A stretch of 64,000 bases of DNA from Haliotis rufescens (taxonomy: Eukaryota). The stretch spans positions 65,844,001 through 65,908,000 of the forward strand of contig NW_025963890.1 of the NCBI RefSeq assembly GCF_023055435.1, given 5' to 3'. A model generated the notes under the pieces. That model had not been told where the DNA came from and did no database searches. It saw nothing but the letters and a program-made list of their open reading frames with translations. The translations under genes were made by a program, and so were the position numbers. Below are positions 63,003-64,000 of the stretch, one piece after another (the stretch's first letter is position 1; each line of letters starts with the position of its first letter).

Positions 63003-63585
63003 CAATCAACCCACACAATGTTGTGTAAAACTAGAAAGTTTCTGATATCCTACATAAAATACAGCAAACATTATGTAAACCATAGAATGGTGACCTTGTG
63101 TACAGCATTCCCTGACCTCCAGGTGTTAACTGGTATCTGGGGCTAAAATAGTACAGGGTTTTCAAAGGTCGGGTTATCAGAAGAAAACAACTTCAAAATC
63201 GTGGAAACGGTTTCTCTTGTTCTCCCTGTTCTCTTGTTACTTGAAAATAAATAAAAACAACAAAACCCTTTCCATAAACGTTAGGACTAAGAGCCAATTG
63301 TACAATTCTGACTATTATGTATTGTAGCATGTATTTATGAATCACTATCATATTTTTATCATACCTACATCCATCAATGTATCAAGTTCCAAATATATTT
63401 AAGCTTAATGAATTAATGTCTTCTATAAATATTAATGTACTGAAGCCCCTGACAGCGTATATATTTCATGCAATGAATTTTAGAAATGATAAGATGACCT
63501 AAACAAGTAGAGATCAATATGTCTACGCACTATCCACAAAGATATGTACTATAGGCCTATGGCCTTTCAGTATTTCTGTACTAAA

Positions 63586-63586
<1 letters not shown>

Positions 63587-63621
<35 letters not shown>

Positions 63622-63677
63622 GAATGAATGAATGAATGAATGAATGAATGAATGAATGAATGAATGAATGAATGAAT
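63587..63677. repeat. compound (GATT)n(GAAT)n microsatellite
   Basis: Read directly. Other microsatellites: (GAGT)n at about 40577-40620 and 48500-48546, (GA)n at 57733-57766. Confidence 0.95.
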
Positions 63678-64000
63678 CACAATCAAATGGTGATGATATC
63701 AGGTGTTTATGTAAAGGTGATCATATCCTGCTCCACCCAATTCAATTGTTCACCTGAACAAAACACAGGAATATTGTATGGTACAAGTCAAAATAGGGAA
63801 TTGCATCAGAATTGGGAATTTTTGTCACTAATGCGTCAAATTTGGAAATGTCTTCAAATGTCAACCATAACATGTTTTGAAAGATTGTTAAGTCCTTGAA
63901 TGTAATGTTGCCCTAATCAAACAACTTTTGAGCAAGAGTCGGATGAAGTTCTTTGAAGTATTCGTAGAAAGAGCATTCTCAGTTGTGCCTCAAAAGTTGT

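Overview
AT-rich, repeat-dense animal genomic DNA; the SINE types suggest a mollusc, possibly a gastropod (inference only). Most of the window is one intron-rich gene on the minus strand, a PDE10A-like GAF-GAF cyclic-nucleotide phosphodiesterase. I reconstructed 21 exon positions (labelled E1-E21 within this window) from 53003 down to the stop at 7865-7867. All have GT-AG boundaries and consistent phases, and together give about 655-660 aa. The N-terminal exons are not found in the window. The main finding is three separate pairs of tandem-duplicated, phase-matched exons that look mutually exclusive: E6a/E6b (GAF-A C-terminal helix), E9a/E9b (GAF-B) and E18a/E18b (catalytic nucleotide pocket). 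They allow up to 8 isoforms. One member of each pair has the same intronic motif CTAAAYCAG shortly after its donor, which hints at a coordinated switch. The normally invariant substrate-binding Gln is a Glu here. A 32-bp minisatellite multiplies one exon's 5' splice site about 27 times. The introns also hold a decayed DIRS retrotransposon, two mariner relics, a LINE fragment, Penelope-like fragments with a hammerhead-like core, several MITEs, four SINE families and many minisatellites. The long ORFs at 58-62 kb are artefacts of a 33-bp satellite.
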